A stretch of DNA of 64,000 bases from an uncultured Acidobacteriota bacterium. GTDB lineage: Bacteria; Acidobacteriota; Thermoanaerobaculia; Gp7-AA8. Positions 20,173 to 28,763 of this stretch are shown one piece after another; position 1 is the stretch's first letter, and every line of letters starts with the position of its first letter. The position numbers and the translations under genes were made by a program. The stretch lies in contig CAVUKB010000005.1 of the NCBI GenBank assembly GCA_963741955.1, forward strand, positions 576,001-640,000, read 5' to 3'. Below the pieces are notes generated by a model. That model made no database searches, had not been told where the DNA came from, and saw nothing but the letters and a program-made list of their open reading frames with translations.

Positions 20173-21377
20173 GTCGCGTCACGATCGTCGGAGGGGGAGT
20201 CTCGGGACTGGTCACGGCGTATTACCTCGCTCGTGAAGGAGTCTCGGTCACGCTGCTCGAAAAACAGGAGCGGCTCGGCGGACTGGTCGACACGCTTCGC
20301 ACCCCGTACGGACCTGTCGAAGCGGCTGCGAGCGGAATCCGCAGCTCCGCACGTTTCGAAGAGATCTGCCGCGAGCTCGACGTCCCTCTGGTCACCACCA
20401 TGAAGGAAAGTCGCAAGCGCTACCTCTATCGCGGCGCGCCGCGGCAGTGGCCTCTCGGTCCTGCCGAGTCGCTCGGGTTCGCCGGGAAGATCACCGCACA
20501 CTACCTCACGCGCACGCACCTCCCCCGCCCCGGCGAGAGTGTGAACGTCTGGGGAGAGCGGGTCCTCGGGCGCGCTCCGACCCACTACATCCTCGGCGCG
20601 GCGCTCCAGGGAATCTACGCCGGCGATCCGGCCGAGCTGAGCGCGAGCATGATCATGGGGAAGATGCGCCAGAAGCCGGCGAAGGGAGAGAAGAAGGGGC
20701 TGGTCGCACCGCCGGTCGGCCTGATCGAGTTCATCGAAGCACTCACCGCACGCCTGAAAGAATTCGGAGTGGAGATCCGCACCGGCGTCTCTGCGGAACC
20801 CTCTCTCGATGGCGAAGGAGCGGTCGTGATCTCGACCTCGGCGAAGGACGCGGCGACGCTCCTGCGCGAGCGCGCTCCGGGCGCAGCCGAAGCGATCGGA
20901 TCGATCGAGATGTTGCCGCTGCTCCGGGTGACGGCGTTCTATCCGGAGAGCGAGAACACGGTGAAGGGCTTCGGCATCCTCTTCCCCCGCGAGGAGGGAG
21001 TCCGGGCGCTCGGGGTCCTCTTCAACACGAACATCTTTCCCAACCGCGGCGAGGGGCATTCGGAGAGCTGGATCTACGGCGGCGCACAGGATCGCGGCGT
21101 GGTCGATCTCGACGACGATGCGATCCTCGAGATGATGAACCGCGATCGGGAGACGCTCTATCGGCGGAGGGTCGAGCCGATCGCGTGCTATCCGCAGCGC
21201 TGGCCTCTCGGCCTTCCCCATTACGACCTCCACCTCGAGGAGCTCCGGCGCAAGGGGTTCGAGCTTCCTTCCGGGATCTTCCTCGCCGGGAATTACCTCC
21301 GGGGCATCGGCCTCCCGCTTCTGCTCGAGCAGAGCTACGACACGGCCGGACGCGTCCGCGCCTGGCTCGCGCGCTGA
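20169..21377 (+). CDS. hemY: Protoporphyrinogen oxidase, HemY type
   Basis: IVGGGVSGL FAD motif, QGIYAGDP, LAGNYLRGIGL; last gene of the hem operon. Confidence 0.85.
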   Translation: MSRVTIVGGGVSGLVTAYYLAREGVSVTLLEKQERLGGLVDTLRTPYGPVEAAASGIRSSARFEEICRELDVPLVTTMKESRKRYLYRGAPRQWPLGPAESLGFAGKITAHYLTRTHLPRPGESVNVWGERVLGRAPTHYILGAALQGIYAGDPAELSASMIMGKMRQKPAKGEKKGLVAPPVGLIEFIEALTARLKEFGVEIRTGVSAEPSLDGEGAVVISTSAKDAATLLRERAPGAAEAIGSIEMLPLLRVTAFYPESENTVKGFGILFPREEGVRALGVLFNTNIFPNRGEGHSESWIYGGAQDRGVVDLDDDAILEMMNRDRETLYRRRVEPIACYPQRWPLGLPHYDLHLEELRRKGFELPSGIFLAGNYLRGIGLPLLLEQSYDTAGRVRAWLAR

Positions 21378-21460
21378 AGGGCGAAGGATCGGGATGAGAG
21401 GGGTGAGCCCGGCTCGCCCCGAGAGACTCTCGGGACACCTGCCGTAATCTGCTAGAACAT

Positions 21461-21493
21461 TGGCGTCCCCAACGGGATTCGAACCCGTGTTGC
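21461..21493. repeat. att site: 33-bp duplicate of the tRNA-Glu 3' end
   Basis: TGGCGTCCCCAACGGGATTCGAACCCGTGTTGC identical to 40442-40474. Confidence 0.95.
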
Positions 21494-21791
21494 GCTGCAG
21501 CCTCAAGCGGGCGAGAAACCGAGCAAAAGACTGAGATTCAGCTAGTTGATGGCGGCCTCATTCGAGCGTGTGTCCACCGGGAACCGTTCCGTTCTGCCGT
21601 TCTGCGGACATCGAATGAGAGCGTTTTGAGAGTGCCGTGCGACTCCGCCTCGTGCGTGCTGCGGGTACCGAGGAGCGCCGAATGATTGGCCGCTTCGTCG
21701 CGACGCTGCTCGACCTCTTCATCCGGCACGAGTTCCGCCAGGAGGCGGCGTACGTCGAAGCGTTCCCCTCGCGCGCAACGGCCTTCTGACG

Positions 21792-22545
21792 ATGACGAGC
21801 CCCTCCGACCCGGCGAGCGCCACCCCGGCGCCTCTCCGACCGCGACGTCGCGGCGCTCACGTTCATCGGCGAGGCGGCGGAGGTCAGCCAGGGCCAGCTC
21901 CACCTCGCGTGCTTCGACGGCCGGGCCGAGTCCATCGTGTCGCGCTGGGTCCGGCGGATGGCCGGCCGGAAGCTCATCGTCGTCGAATGGTGGAACCGGA
22001 ACGGGATCGCGCGGATCCGCCTCACGACCGGCGGTCGCGACGCGGTCGTCGCGCGCGGCGTCGAAGCCGCGCGCCTCTTCGTGCCCCGGAGCTTCCTCGC
22101 GGCGAGCATCGTGGTTCACAGCCTGACGATCGTTGACGCGCTCGTCGCGCTGCGGCGGTCCGAGCATCCGCCGACGATCCTGCTCACCGCATGGGCGCTG
22201 CAGCGCTGTCACCGGCACCGCTTCCCGGTCATCCCCGACTTCCTCGCCGTCTGGGCGCGGCGCGACCGCACGCCGCGGCTCGTCGTCGCGGGCGAGATCG
22301 ACATGGGCTCGGAGAGCCTCCGGGTCTTCGTCCGGAAGCTCCACAAGCTGAGCGCTACGATCGCCGCGTACGCTGGGTCTGCACCGTCGGCGATCCTGGT
22401 CCTGACGAACGGCGCGCGGAGGCGATCCGGCAGCGGACTATGGAACTCATCGACGGCCCCGCGCTCATCGTCGGGACGCTCCCGACGGCGACGGGGCGGA
22501 GGCGCATCGAGGAGCTCCAGAAAGCGCTTGCCATGCGTGCCTAAC
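21792..22545 (+). pseudogene. Replication-relaxation family-like protein, degenerate
   Basis: RLSDRDVAAL...HSLTIVD...IPDFL...GEIDMGSES pattern; ATG at 21792 is out of frame with the body and the C-terminus appears frameshifted. Confidence 0.5.
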
Positions 22546-22668
22546 GTACCGGGATGTGCGAAGACCGGGTGCGAAGACGACTTCGCTCTTCGAGTCACGA
22601 AACTCCCTTTCGGTGCGCGAGTTACATCGGCGAGGGACGTGTCGCTTAGGGGCGACGAACATCGGCGC

Positions 22669-24510
22669 TCACTCTGATTCGTCCTCATCGTCTGCGGCCA
22701 GCGCCTGTGAATCTGGAGTAACTGCGATCGCGCGTCCGAAGTACCCCGAATCCTGATTACTCCTCCATGAGTCGGCGGTCGTGGGCTGGTGGTTCAGCGC
22801 AGCCCGGTCGATGATGTCGTCGAGGAGCTTCAGGATAGGGCGCTGCTTTGGTCGATCTGCGTACGGCGTGTCGGCGACTGCTGCGATCAGGAGCTTTGCG
22901 AGCTCGTCGAGGCAGGTCACTTTGTCGAGGTCGTGGCCGAGGCGCGACCGGTGGAGTGCACTGAGAGGGTCGGCCTTTCGCCGATCGTATGCGCGCTCAG
23001 TGTCGGCAACCTCGCCTTCGGTAAACTGATACCTTCCGTCGGAAACCGTCGTGAGCGCTGATGCGATTTCTGCGTGCGTGAAGTTGTCGAACTCGATGTT
23101 GCGCTTCCAGAGGTGGATGTACTCGGGACACGTAAGCATCCGTTTCGGATGGAGTCTTGATCGCACGGCCAGGAGCCGCTTCGTCACCTGCTCGACGCGC
23201 CCCTCCCTGTCGAGGACCACCACCACTACCGTCTGGCGGTAGTGGTAGTCATCGATGAACTTCTCCAGCGCCCCGCGCTTCTCGTGCCTCTTGCTCCCGG
23301 TGTACTCGCCGACGCCTCCGAGCGTACGCATCTCGATTCCGAGAGTTGGGAAGGAGTGCCCGAGCGCATCCCGCGCGATGCGAGGGATCGCGGATTCCTC
23401 GCCGGGACCTTCGACGACGAGGATGAGTTTCGGGCGAGGATTCAGGTGGTAGGTGTTCACGACAAACTCGAGGTGCTTCAGGGGGTCGTCCGGGACTTCC
23501 TCGCCGTAGAACTCCGCGTTCGTCCAGGTCCGATCCTCGTCGGGTGGGTACAGGTCGAGCGCGCGGGCGTCCATCGCGAACAGTCGCACCATATGCTCCA
23601 TCGCGTAGAGTAGCTGCGCGAACTGCGCGACGCCTTTGAGCTGCTCCTTTCTATCGAGGGCGATGAAACGCACGAGCTGGTACCACCGTTCAAGAGGGTC
23701 GCGGCTCTGAGCGAGCATCGCGAGCGTGCGGTGGATCCCCTCCAGTTCCTCGGCGTCGATTGACAGTTCAGCGGCGTGGGCGATCGGGCTCCAATTGGCA
23801 ATGAAGTCGTACCAGTCCCAGTCGAAGCGCCGATCCTTGAGCGTGATCGTGCGACGGTCCGTTTGGGTCAGGGGGTAGTACCGAGCAGAGACAGCCTGAC
23901 AGACGAAGGCCACGTCGTCCTGATGCGACGGTCCCTGGAGTGCCTGGACCGTCTGGTTCCCCAACGACATCATTCGCTCGATCACCGGTGGCGGTTCGGT
24001 GAGGCCGGCGAAGATCGAGGTGTCGACGCGCGACGTGAGCCACATTTGCTTCCACTCGAGCGGGAAGCACTGGAACATCGAGTACAGGCTCTCGGTGTGC
24101 GCCTCCCCGGCGGCGTCTCTGTACGTCTCCCACGCTTCGAAGGGTGTGGCACGGGGATCCCACAGGTGCCCGCCCTCGAGCAGGTCGATCGCTTCCGGCG
24201 CGTCGAGGCGCCACCGCCCCCTCTCCGACCGAACGTCGCCCGCCCACACCTCTCCGTCCTTGAGGATGCCATGGTCCCGATAGCGCTTCCCCCCATCGAG
24301 GTACTCGAGCTTCCGCGTAACGCGAGGCCAGCGCACCCGCGCGATGGGATAGAGGACTCCGAGTCGCTCGAATCGTTCGAGTTGCTCCCCGCTCGTTTCC
24401 ACGCCGCGCTCCTTGCAGAACGAGACGAACTCCCGCACCGGGAGCAGCGGGCAGACGGCGAACGCGTCGTTCGCGATCAGGTATCGGAGGCGGTGGGTCA
24501 AGTCTAGCAC
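22669..24510 (-). CDS. Hypothetical protein with C-terminal OLD-like TOPRIM module
   Basis: LILVVEGPGE...LGIEMRTLGGVG...VVVVLDREG; AGGAG RBS; starts 15 bp after the E2 gene. Confidence 0.65.
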   Translation of the reverse strand: MLDLTHRLRYLIANDAFAVCPLLPVREFVSFCKERGVETSGEQLERFERLGVLYPIARVRWPRVTRKLEYLDGGKRYRDHGILKDGEVWAGDVRSERGRWRLDAPEAIDLLEGGHLWDPRATPFEAWETYRDAAGEAHTESLYSMFQCFPLEWKQMWLTSRVDTSIFAGLTEPPPVIERMMSLGNQTVQALQGPSHQDDVAFVCQAVSARYYPLTQTDRRTITLKDRRFDWDWYDFIANWSPIAHAAELSIDAEELEGIHRTLAMLAQSRDPLERWYQLVRFIALDRKEQLKGVAQFAQLLYAMEHMVRLFAMDARALDLYPPDEDRTWTNAEFYGEEVPDDPLKHLEFVVNTYHLNPRPKLILVVEGPGEESAIPRIARDALGHSFPTLGIEMRTLGGVGEYTGSKRHEKRGALEKFIDDYHYRQTVVVVVLDREGRVEQVTKRLLAVRSRLHPKRMLTCPEYIHLWKRNIEFDNFTHAEIASALTTVSDGRYQFTEGEVADTERAYDRRKADPLSALHRSRLGHDLDKVTCLDELAKLLIAAVADTPYADRPKQRPILKLLDDIIDRAALNHQPTTADSWRSNQDSGYFGRAIAVTPDSQALAADDEDESE

Positions 24511-24525
24511 AATCTGAGTGTTCTC

Positions 24526-25218
24526 CTAATGAGGGGGATCTGCACGCATGGAACTCTGTTGCCGCGTCGCCTCGTTCAGCCTCTCGAAGGATCGCCTCGC
24601 CACCGTCCACGTGATGGTGCCGCGAAGCTCCGCGACCTTTTCACGGTGACACCTCCGCAGCACTTTTCCACTCCCGCAGGGGCAGGGCCAATGCCCCTTG
24701 ATCTCGCGACGAGACAAGTATCCGACGAACGCGAGCACGATCCGCGGGTCGTCGATGCCGATTCTCGACGCGTAGAACTGCAGCGTCCCCGCCGCGCCGT
24801 GCGCCCACTGGCCGAACGGCCATTCGCCGAACTTCTCGAAGTAGAGCTGGCTCACGAAGAAGCTACGAACGGGACCCTGAAGGAAGTCGAGGAGCGTCGA
24901 GCCCGGAGGGAAATAGACCGCTTCCTCCTCGGGGATGAAGAGGCATGCTCCGCCGTGGGCTTCGACGTGGCGATCACTGATGCGCGGAATGCGCCCGCCG
25001 ATCTCGCGCACGACGGGCGCGGTCGCAGGGTAGTCATCTGGCAGGATCACCTCGATCTGGAATCGATCGATGGTCTCTCCGGCGAGCGCGACTGGGAAGC
25101 TGCCTCGGAGGACGAGGCGCTCCTCCGGAAAGAAGTGAAGGTTCGGATAGGCCCGCCTAACGTCCGCTCGTTGGCAGGCGTACTCTTCAGGCGCGCGGAG
25201 GTGCCATCGCTCAGTCAT
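24526..25218 (-). CDS. CBASS-associated stand-alone E2 (UBC-like) enzyme with C-terminal SEC-C motif
   Basis: IEVILPDDYPATAPVV, RHVEAHGGACL (catalytic His/Cys), CPCGSGKVLRRCH; overlaps the CD-NTase stop. Confidence 0.85.
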   Translation of the reverse strand: MTERWHLRAPEEYACQRADVRRAYPNLHFFPEERLVLRGSFPVALAGETIDRFQIEVILPDDYPATAPVVREIGGRIPRISDRHVEAHGGACLFIPEEEAVYFPPGSTLLDFLQGPVRSFFVSQLYFEKFGEWPFGQWAHGAAGTLQFYASRIGIDDPRIVLAFVGYLSRREIKGHWPCPCGSGKVLRRCHREKVAELRGTITWTVARRSFERLNEATRQQSSMRADPPH

Positions 25219-26110
25219 CCTCAAGAGACACCCATGGCTTCGGCGCGGCCACCACGATCGACGGCGCCTGTCGCAGCACGTCACGCTTTTGCGCTTCGGT
25301 GGATTGCTCCAGAGCGCCGAATACCGCCTCCCACCCCGATGACTCGATGTCGGCGAGGGTGTCGGACGCGACCGTCCTCAACTCCTCCTTGATTGCATCG
25401 TCCAAGAGCTCGGAGAGATCGTTCCCGGTCGGGTTGGCCGGATCCTCAATCGCGATGGCGGCGATGTGATCGCGAAGCTCCGTCCAGACGTGCACCAGCT
25501 GCGCGGTGAGCGACTCGCTCGCCCGGCCCTGTAGGAGTTCGACCGTCAGCAGCTCGAGGATGAAGATCCGGACCGAAAGCGCGTTGCGTGATCGCCAGAG
25601 CTTCATGAGGCGGATGGCATCGCGAACACCGCTGTCGCTGATGTGGTCGATGTGCTTCTGCAGGTTCGTCTTCTGACGACCCTTCTCGCCTGACGAACGG
25701 TAGAGGAATGCATCGTCTCGATCGCCGTCGGTGAAGCGCCCCGGGACCACGTCGATGTGAAAGTCGGGGTTCGTGTCGTCGCAGCCCTTCAGGCGGAGGG
25801 CGGACGGTTTCTCCTCGATGAAGTAGTCGTCTTTCAGGGCTCCTTTCACACTTCCGTAGATCTCCTTGAGAGTCTCGCCTGCCGAGGCGTCGTCGTTGTC
25901 GAAGTAGCAGATGACGTCGAGGTCGTAGCTCTCTCTGATCATCGTGCCCTTCGCCTTCGAGCCCCCGTACCTGATGATCGGGGCCGCGAACTTCTTGCGG
26001 AGGAGCGTCTCGACATCATCCCGGTGCTGCCGGAGGGCCTTCATCTCGTCGCCCTCCTCCTGGAGCGTCTGCGAATCAAGGGTCTTCTGGAGGTACTCGT
26101 TGTCAGTCAT
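25211..26110 (-). CDS. CBASS CD-NTase (cGAS/DncV-like, SMODS) cyclic oligonucleotide synthase
   Basis: YGGSKAKGTMIRESYDLDV (GS plus DxD), IDVVPG, IEDPANPTGNDLS. Confidence 0.9.
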   Translation of the reverse strand: MTDNEYLQKTLDSQTLQEEGDEMKALRQHRDDVETLLRKKFAAPIIRYGGSKAKGTMIRESYDLDVICYFDNDDASAGETLKEIYGSVKGALKDDYFIEEKPSALRLKGCDDTNPDFHIDVVPGRFTDGDRDDAFLYRSSGEKGRQKTNLQKHIDHISDSGVRDAIRLMKLWRSRNALSVRIFILELLTVELLQGRASESLTAQLVHVWTELRDHIAAIAIEDPANPTGNDLSELLDDAIKEELRTVASDTLADIESSGWEAVFGALEQSTEAQKRDVLRQAPSIVVAAPKPWVSLEDD

Positions 26111-27332
26111 GGTCATTGATCCTTATGGTTTTGCGGAAGCCGCCGAGATTCTTGTCGAAGTCGTAGACGACAAGCGCCGGGTCGACTTTGTGAAAGAGAC
26201 TGCGGCCGCTCGCGACCGCTACGGGTGCTGGGACTGCGGGGAACAGGTGAAGCTCTGTCAGTCCGACGTGATCCTTCGCAATCACGCGGAGAAGCTGCTG
26301 GAATGTCTGTTCGAAACGACGGAGATCGTCACGTCGCCGGAGGAAGTTGGGATTGGGCGTCGCGCCGTCGAGCGTGAGTTCGTAGATGCTGAACTCCGGG
26401 GAGAGCTGGTCGGACACCGCGGCGAGCGGGATCGCGCCGCTGAGTGAGAGGACGAGGGCCACCTTGGCCGGGTTGCTCCCCTCGACGAGGCGCCGTGACG
26501 CGTACTGCGCGGGATCGCCTTTCGTCCTCCAGGTCCAGGACTCGGGTTGCCGGTGGCGCTGGTACAGGTCGGCGTCAATCTTGTCGCTCAACCGATTCCC
26601 GAGGTGCATCAGGAGGGGCATCGGCCCGAGGGCAAACACCGACACGTGGGAAACGCGCGACCCATCAACGCGATCCGCGTAGAGTCTCGTCACCTTCTCG
26701 TCGATCGCTGCCACAGCGGAAGCGTAGAACGCCTCCGTCCCGGTATCCGGAAGAGCGGTCAGGTCGATCATGCACGGTTCGTCCGAGTCGACGTACCGCG
26801 GCGCAACGGCCGCCTGTACCTGGGGGAGAGAGATTGCCACCGGCCGACCGCCGATGTTGGCCTTGAGCACCAGGGCCGTGGTCTTGAATTCGGGGTGCAT
26901 CGCGGTCAGCTCGGATATGCGCTTCTCATGACGGCGCTTGAACGCGCGAAGCGTGGAGACGGTGTACCGGTCGGGATGATCATCGATGAGTTTGTGACAT
27001 TCGCTGCACAGAAGCATCAGGTTGTTGACGTCGTTAATGTGGGCCCTGGAGAGCGCCTTCACCTTCCCGCGCGGCCCCTGCGTGCTGAAGGCGACGATGT
27101 GGGCGGCTTGGGCGAAGTTACCCTCCGTTAAAGTCAGGCTGTGGCGGAATAGGTATTTGTTGTGACCATCAAACTCGCACCTTCCGCCGGCGCGAACAGC
27201 GAGCAGAACGCGCGTTAGGGGCTTAACTTCGCGCGTTGGATTCACCGAACGAACGGCACTCGACAGCGTTGCGGCCCTCGTGCGAGCGCGGGTCGATCCT
27301 GTGGCCAGGCGTGTTTTCGCGATGTTCTTCAT
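26103..27332 (-). CDS. CBASS effector, HNH endonuclease-SAVED (Cap5-like)
   Basis: GGRCEF...AAHIVA...GPRG...NLMLLCSECHKLID HNH; SAVED motifs VFALGPMPLLMHLG, YQRHR, LHLFPAVPAPVAVASG. Confidence 0.9.
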   Translation of the reverse strand: MKNIAKTRLATGSTRARTRAATLSSAVRSVNPTREVKPLTRVLLAVRAGGRCEFDGHNKYLFRHSLTLTEGNFAQAAHIVAFSTQGPRGKVKALSRAHINDVNNLMLLCSECHKLIDDHPDRYTVSTLRAFKRRHEKRISELTAMHPEFKTTALVLKANIGGRPVAISLPQVQAAVAPRYVDSDEPCMIDLTALPDTGTEAFYASAVAAIDEKVTRLYADRVDGSRVSHVSVFALGPMPLLMHLGNRLSDKIDADLYQRHRQPESWTWRTKGDPAQYASRRLVEGSNPAKVALVLSLSGAIPLAAVSDQLSPEFSIYELTLDGATPNPNFLRRRDDLRRFEQTFQQLLRVIAKDHVGLTELHLFPAVPAPVAVASGRSLFHKVDPALVVYDFDKNLGGFRKTIRINDHD

Positions 27333-27342
27333 GGCTTTCTAG

Positions 27343-27576
27343 CTAGTGCTTCGTGTCCTTCGGCGGGTTCGGGTCGGGGCCGAAGCTGTCGGTGTCGCGG
27401 ATCTTCTTGTCGCGGCCGTGGATCACGATCTCCGAGTGGTTCTTCTCGGCGAGCGGACGCGCGGCTTCGATCGCCTCCCCCTGGGTGTCGTGGAGGCTGG
27501 ACGCGCGTTCGTCGCCTGCGCCCTTCACTGCCCAGGACCCGTCTTTCCGGTGCGTTACGTGGATGCTCTTCTTCAT
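27343..27576 (-). CDS. DUF2188 domain small protein
   Basis: HVTHRKDGSWAVK...TQGEAIEAAR...EIVIHGRDKKIRDTDSFGPDP; AAGGAG RBS. Confidence 0.85.
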   Translation of the reverse strand: MKKSIHVTHRKDGSWAVKGAGDERASSLHDTQGEAIEAARPLAEKNHSEIVIHGRDKKIRDTDSFGPDPNPPKDTKH

Positions 27577-27589
27577 GGTGTTCTCCTTA

Positions 27590-27626
27590 TGTAAGGTCGT
27601 GTTCTGTAAGCTGACTGTGCTGACAC
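27590..27626. promoter_or_regulatory. Candidate operator region upstream of the CBASS operon
   Basis: TGTAAGCTGAC at 27605-27615 is also present (inverted) upstream of the HTH gene; extra TGTAAG and GCTGAC half-sites. Confidence 0.5.
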
Positions 27627-27642
27627 TGCGGGCAAATTTTTT

Positions 27643-28350
27643 TCAGAGCGTCATTTGCGCTCCGCTTGGCTTGTAGATGCCGTCGAGCCGGATTCGCGCG
27701 ACGACGGGGTTGACGTCGAAGACGTCAGCGAGGTGCCGAATCACCTCGTCGCGCCGATTCGGGTCGATGTCCTCGATGGCGAGCATCCCGCGGGTCGTGA
27801 GGAACGGCCGCACCGCCTCGACGACGAGCTGCCGCGGCAGCAGGAGGGGGCCGATCGCCTTGTGCGCCTGGTGCTCCCACCAGCGTCCATCGTAGCCACC
27901 GCGCCCGGAGCCTCCGCCCTTGCCTTCATCGCGACAGAGGATCTTCGTCCCGGTGACGTCAGGGTCGCTCCCGAAGAGCGTGAGCCCCGGTTCCGCGAGG
28001 GCGAAGAGGTGCGCGTGGAAGAGCCCGTGGCCCGCCTCGTGCGCGAGCGTCGTGTTGATCCGCCGCTCGGCGACGCGGGTGCCTTCCGTCGACAGCGCTG
28101 CGGCGACGTGGACGCTCGTCACGCCTGACTGCCCGAAGCACGAGTAGCCGAGCACGCCCTCGGGCACGTCGTCGTACTGGATGGACACGCGGAAGTGCTT
28201 CTCCACGAACCGGTCGATCCTGACTGGGCTGGGGGTCGCGGGCAGGTAGCCCGCTGACGTCAGCGCATCCTCGCAGGTGCGTTCGATCTCGGCGTCCGTG
28301 TAGTACGGTCGCACCGAGAAAGGCCCGGTATTTGCGCGGAAGTTCTTCAT
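27643..28350 (-). CDS. ImmA/IrrE family metallopeptidase (CapP-like)
   Basis: NTTLAHEAGH HExxH and WWEHQAHKAIGPLLLP; coupled to the HTH gene. Confidence 0.85.
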   Translation of the reverse strand: MKNFRANTGPFSVRPYYTDAEIERTCEDALTSAGYLPATPSPVRIDRFVEKHFRVSIQYDDVPEGVLGYSCFGQSGVTSVHVAAALSTEGTRVAERRINTTLAHEAGHGLFHAHLFALAEPGLTLFGSDPDVTGTKILCRDEGKGGGSGRGGYDGRWWEHQAHKAIGPLLLPRQLVVEAVRPFLTTRGMLAIEDIDPNRRDEVIRHLADVFDVNPVVARIRLDGIYKPSGAQMTL

Positions 28351-28691
28351 TTCTTCGAGGGGCCCTTCGAGGACTTTTCGACGAACTTGAGGATCTCGTC
28401 GGCGGGCATCTGCGAGATCTTGCGGAACGCGATGCCGAGCGCCGGGTTGCGGGCGGACATCCGCTTCATCTCCTCGATGGGCGGGCGCGTATCGTACCCG
28501 CGCAGGTCTTCGACCGTCGTGTCGAGGGCGGTCGCGAGCTTCGCGAGTGCGTCGTCGGACGGGAACCGCCGTCCGAGCTCGATGTCCGAGAGGAACGCGG
28601 CCGTGAGGCCGCCCGTCCGTTTCGAGAGGTCCCGCAACGAGAGGTCCGCGGCGTCTCGCAGTTCCCGGATTCGATCTCCTAGGGTCTTCAT
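28347..28691 (-). CDS. XRE/Cro-C1 HTH transcriptional regulator (CapH-like)
   Basis: LGDRIRELRDAADLSLRDLSKRTGGLTAAFLSDIELGRRFPS. Confidence 0.9.
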   Translation of the reverse strand: MKTLGDRIRELRDAADLSLRDLSKRTGGLTAAFLSDIELGRRFPSDDALAKLATALDTTVEDLRGYDTRPPIEEMKRMSARNPALGIAFRKISQMPADEILKFVEKSSKGPSKK

Positions 28692-28727
28692 GCTGTCAGC
28701 TTACACTGCTTACAACCGGGCTGTCAA
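28692..28727 (-). promoter_or_regulatory. Sigma70-type promoter, probably leaderless, for the HTH gene
   Basis: TTGACA-18 bp-TAAGCT-6 nt-ATG, no Shine-Dalgarno; two TGTAAGC repeats overlap it. Confidence 0.6.
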
Positions 28728-28763
28728 CCCCAGTATTCCGGGCCGCCGGCGTTCCGCTGGGCG

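Noticed and set aside
16652-21377. Heme cluster as a novel pathway
   Set aside because: hemE-hemN-hemY plus hemH is an ordinary protoporphyrin-dependent route
21461-21493. Third tRNA gene
   Set aside because: Only the 3' 33 nt of tRNA-Glu; it is the att duplicate
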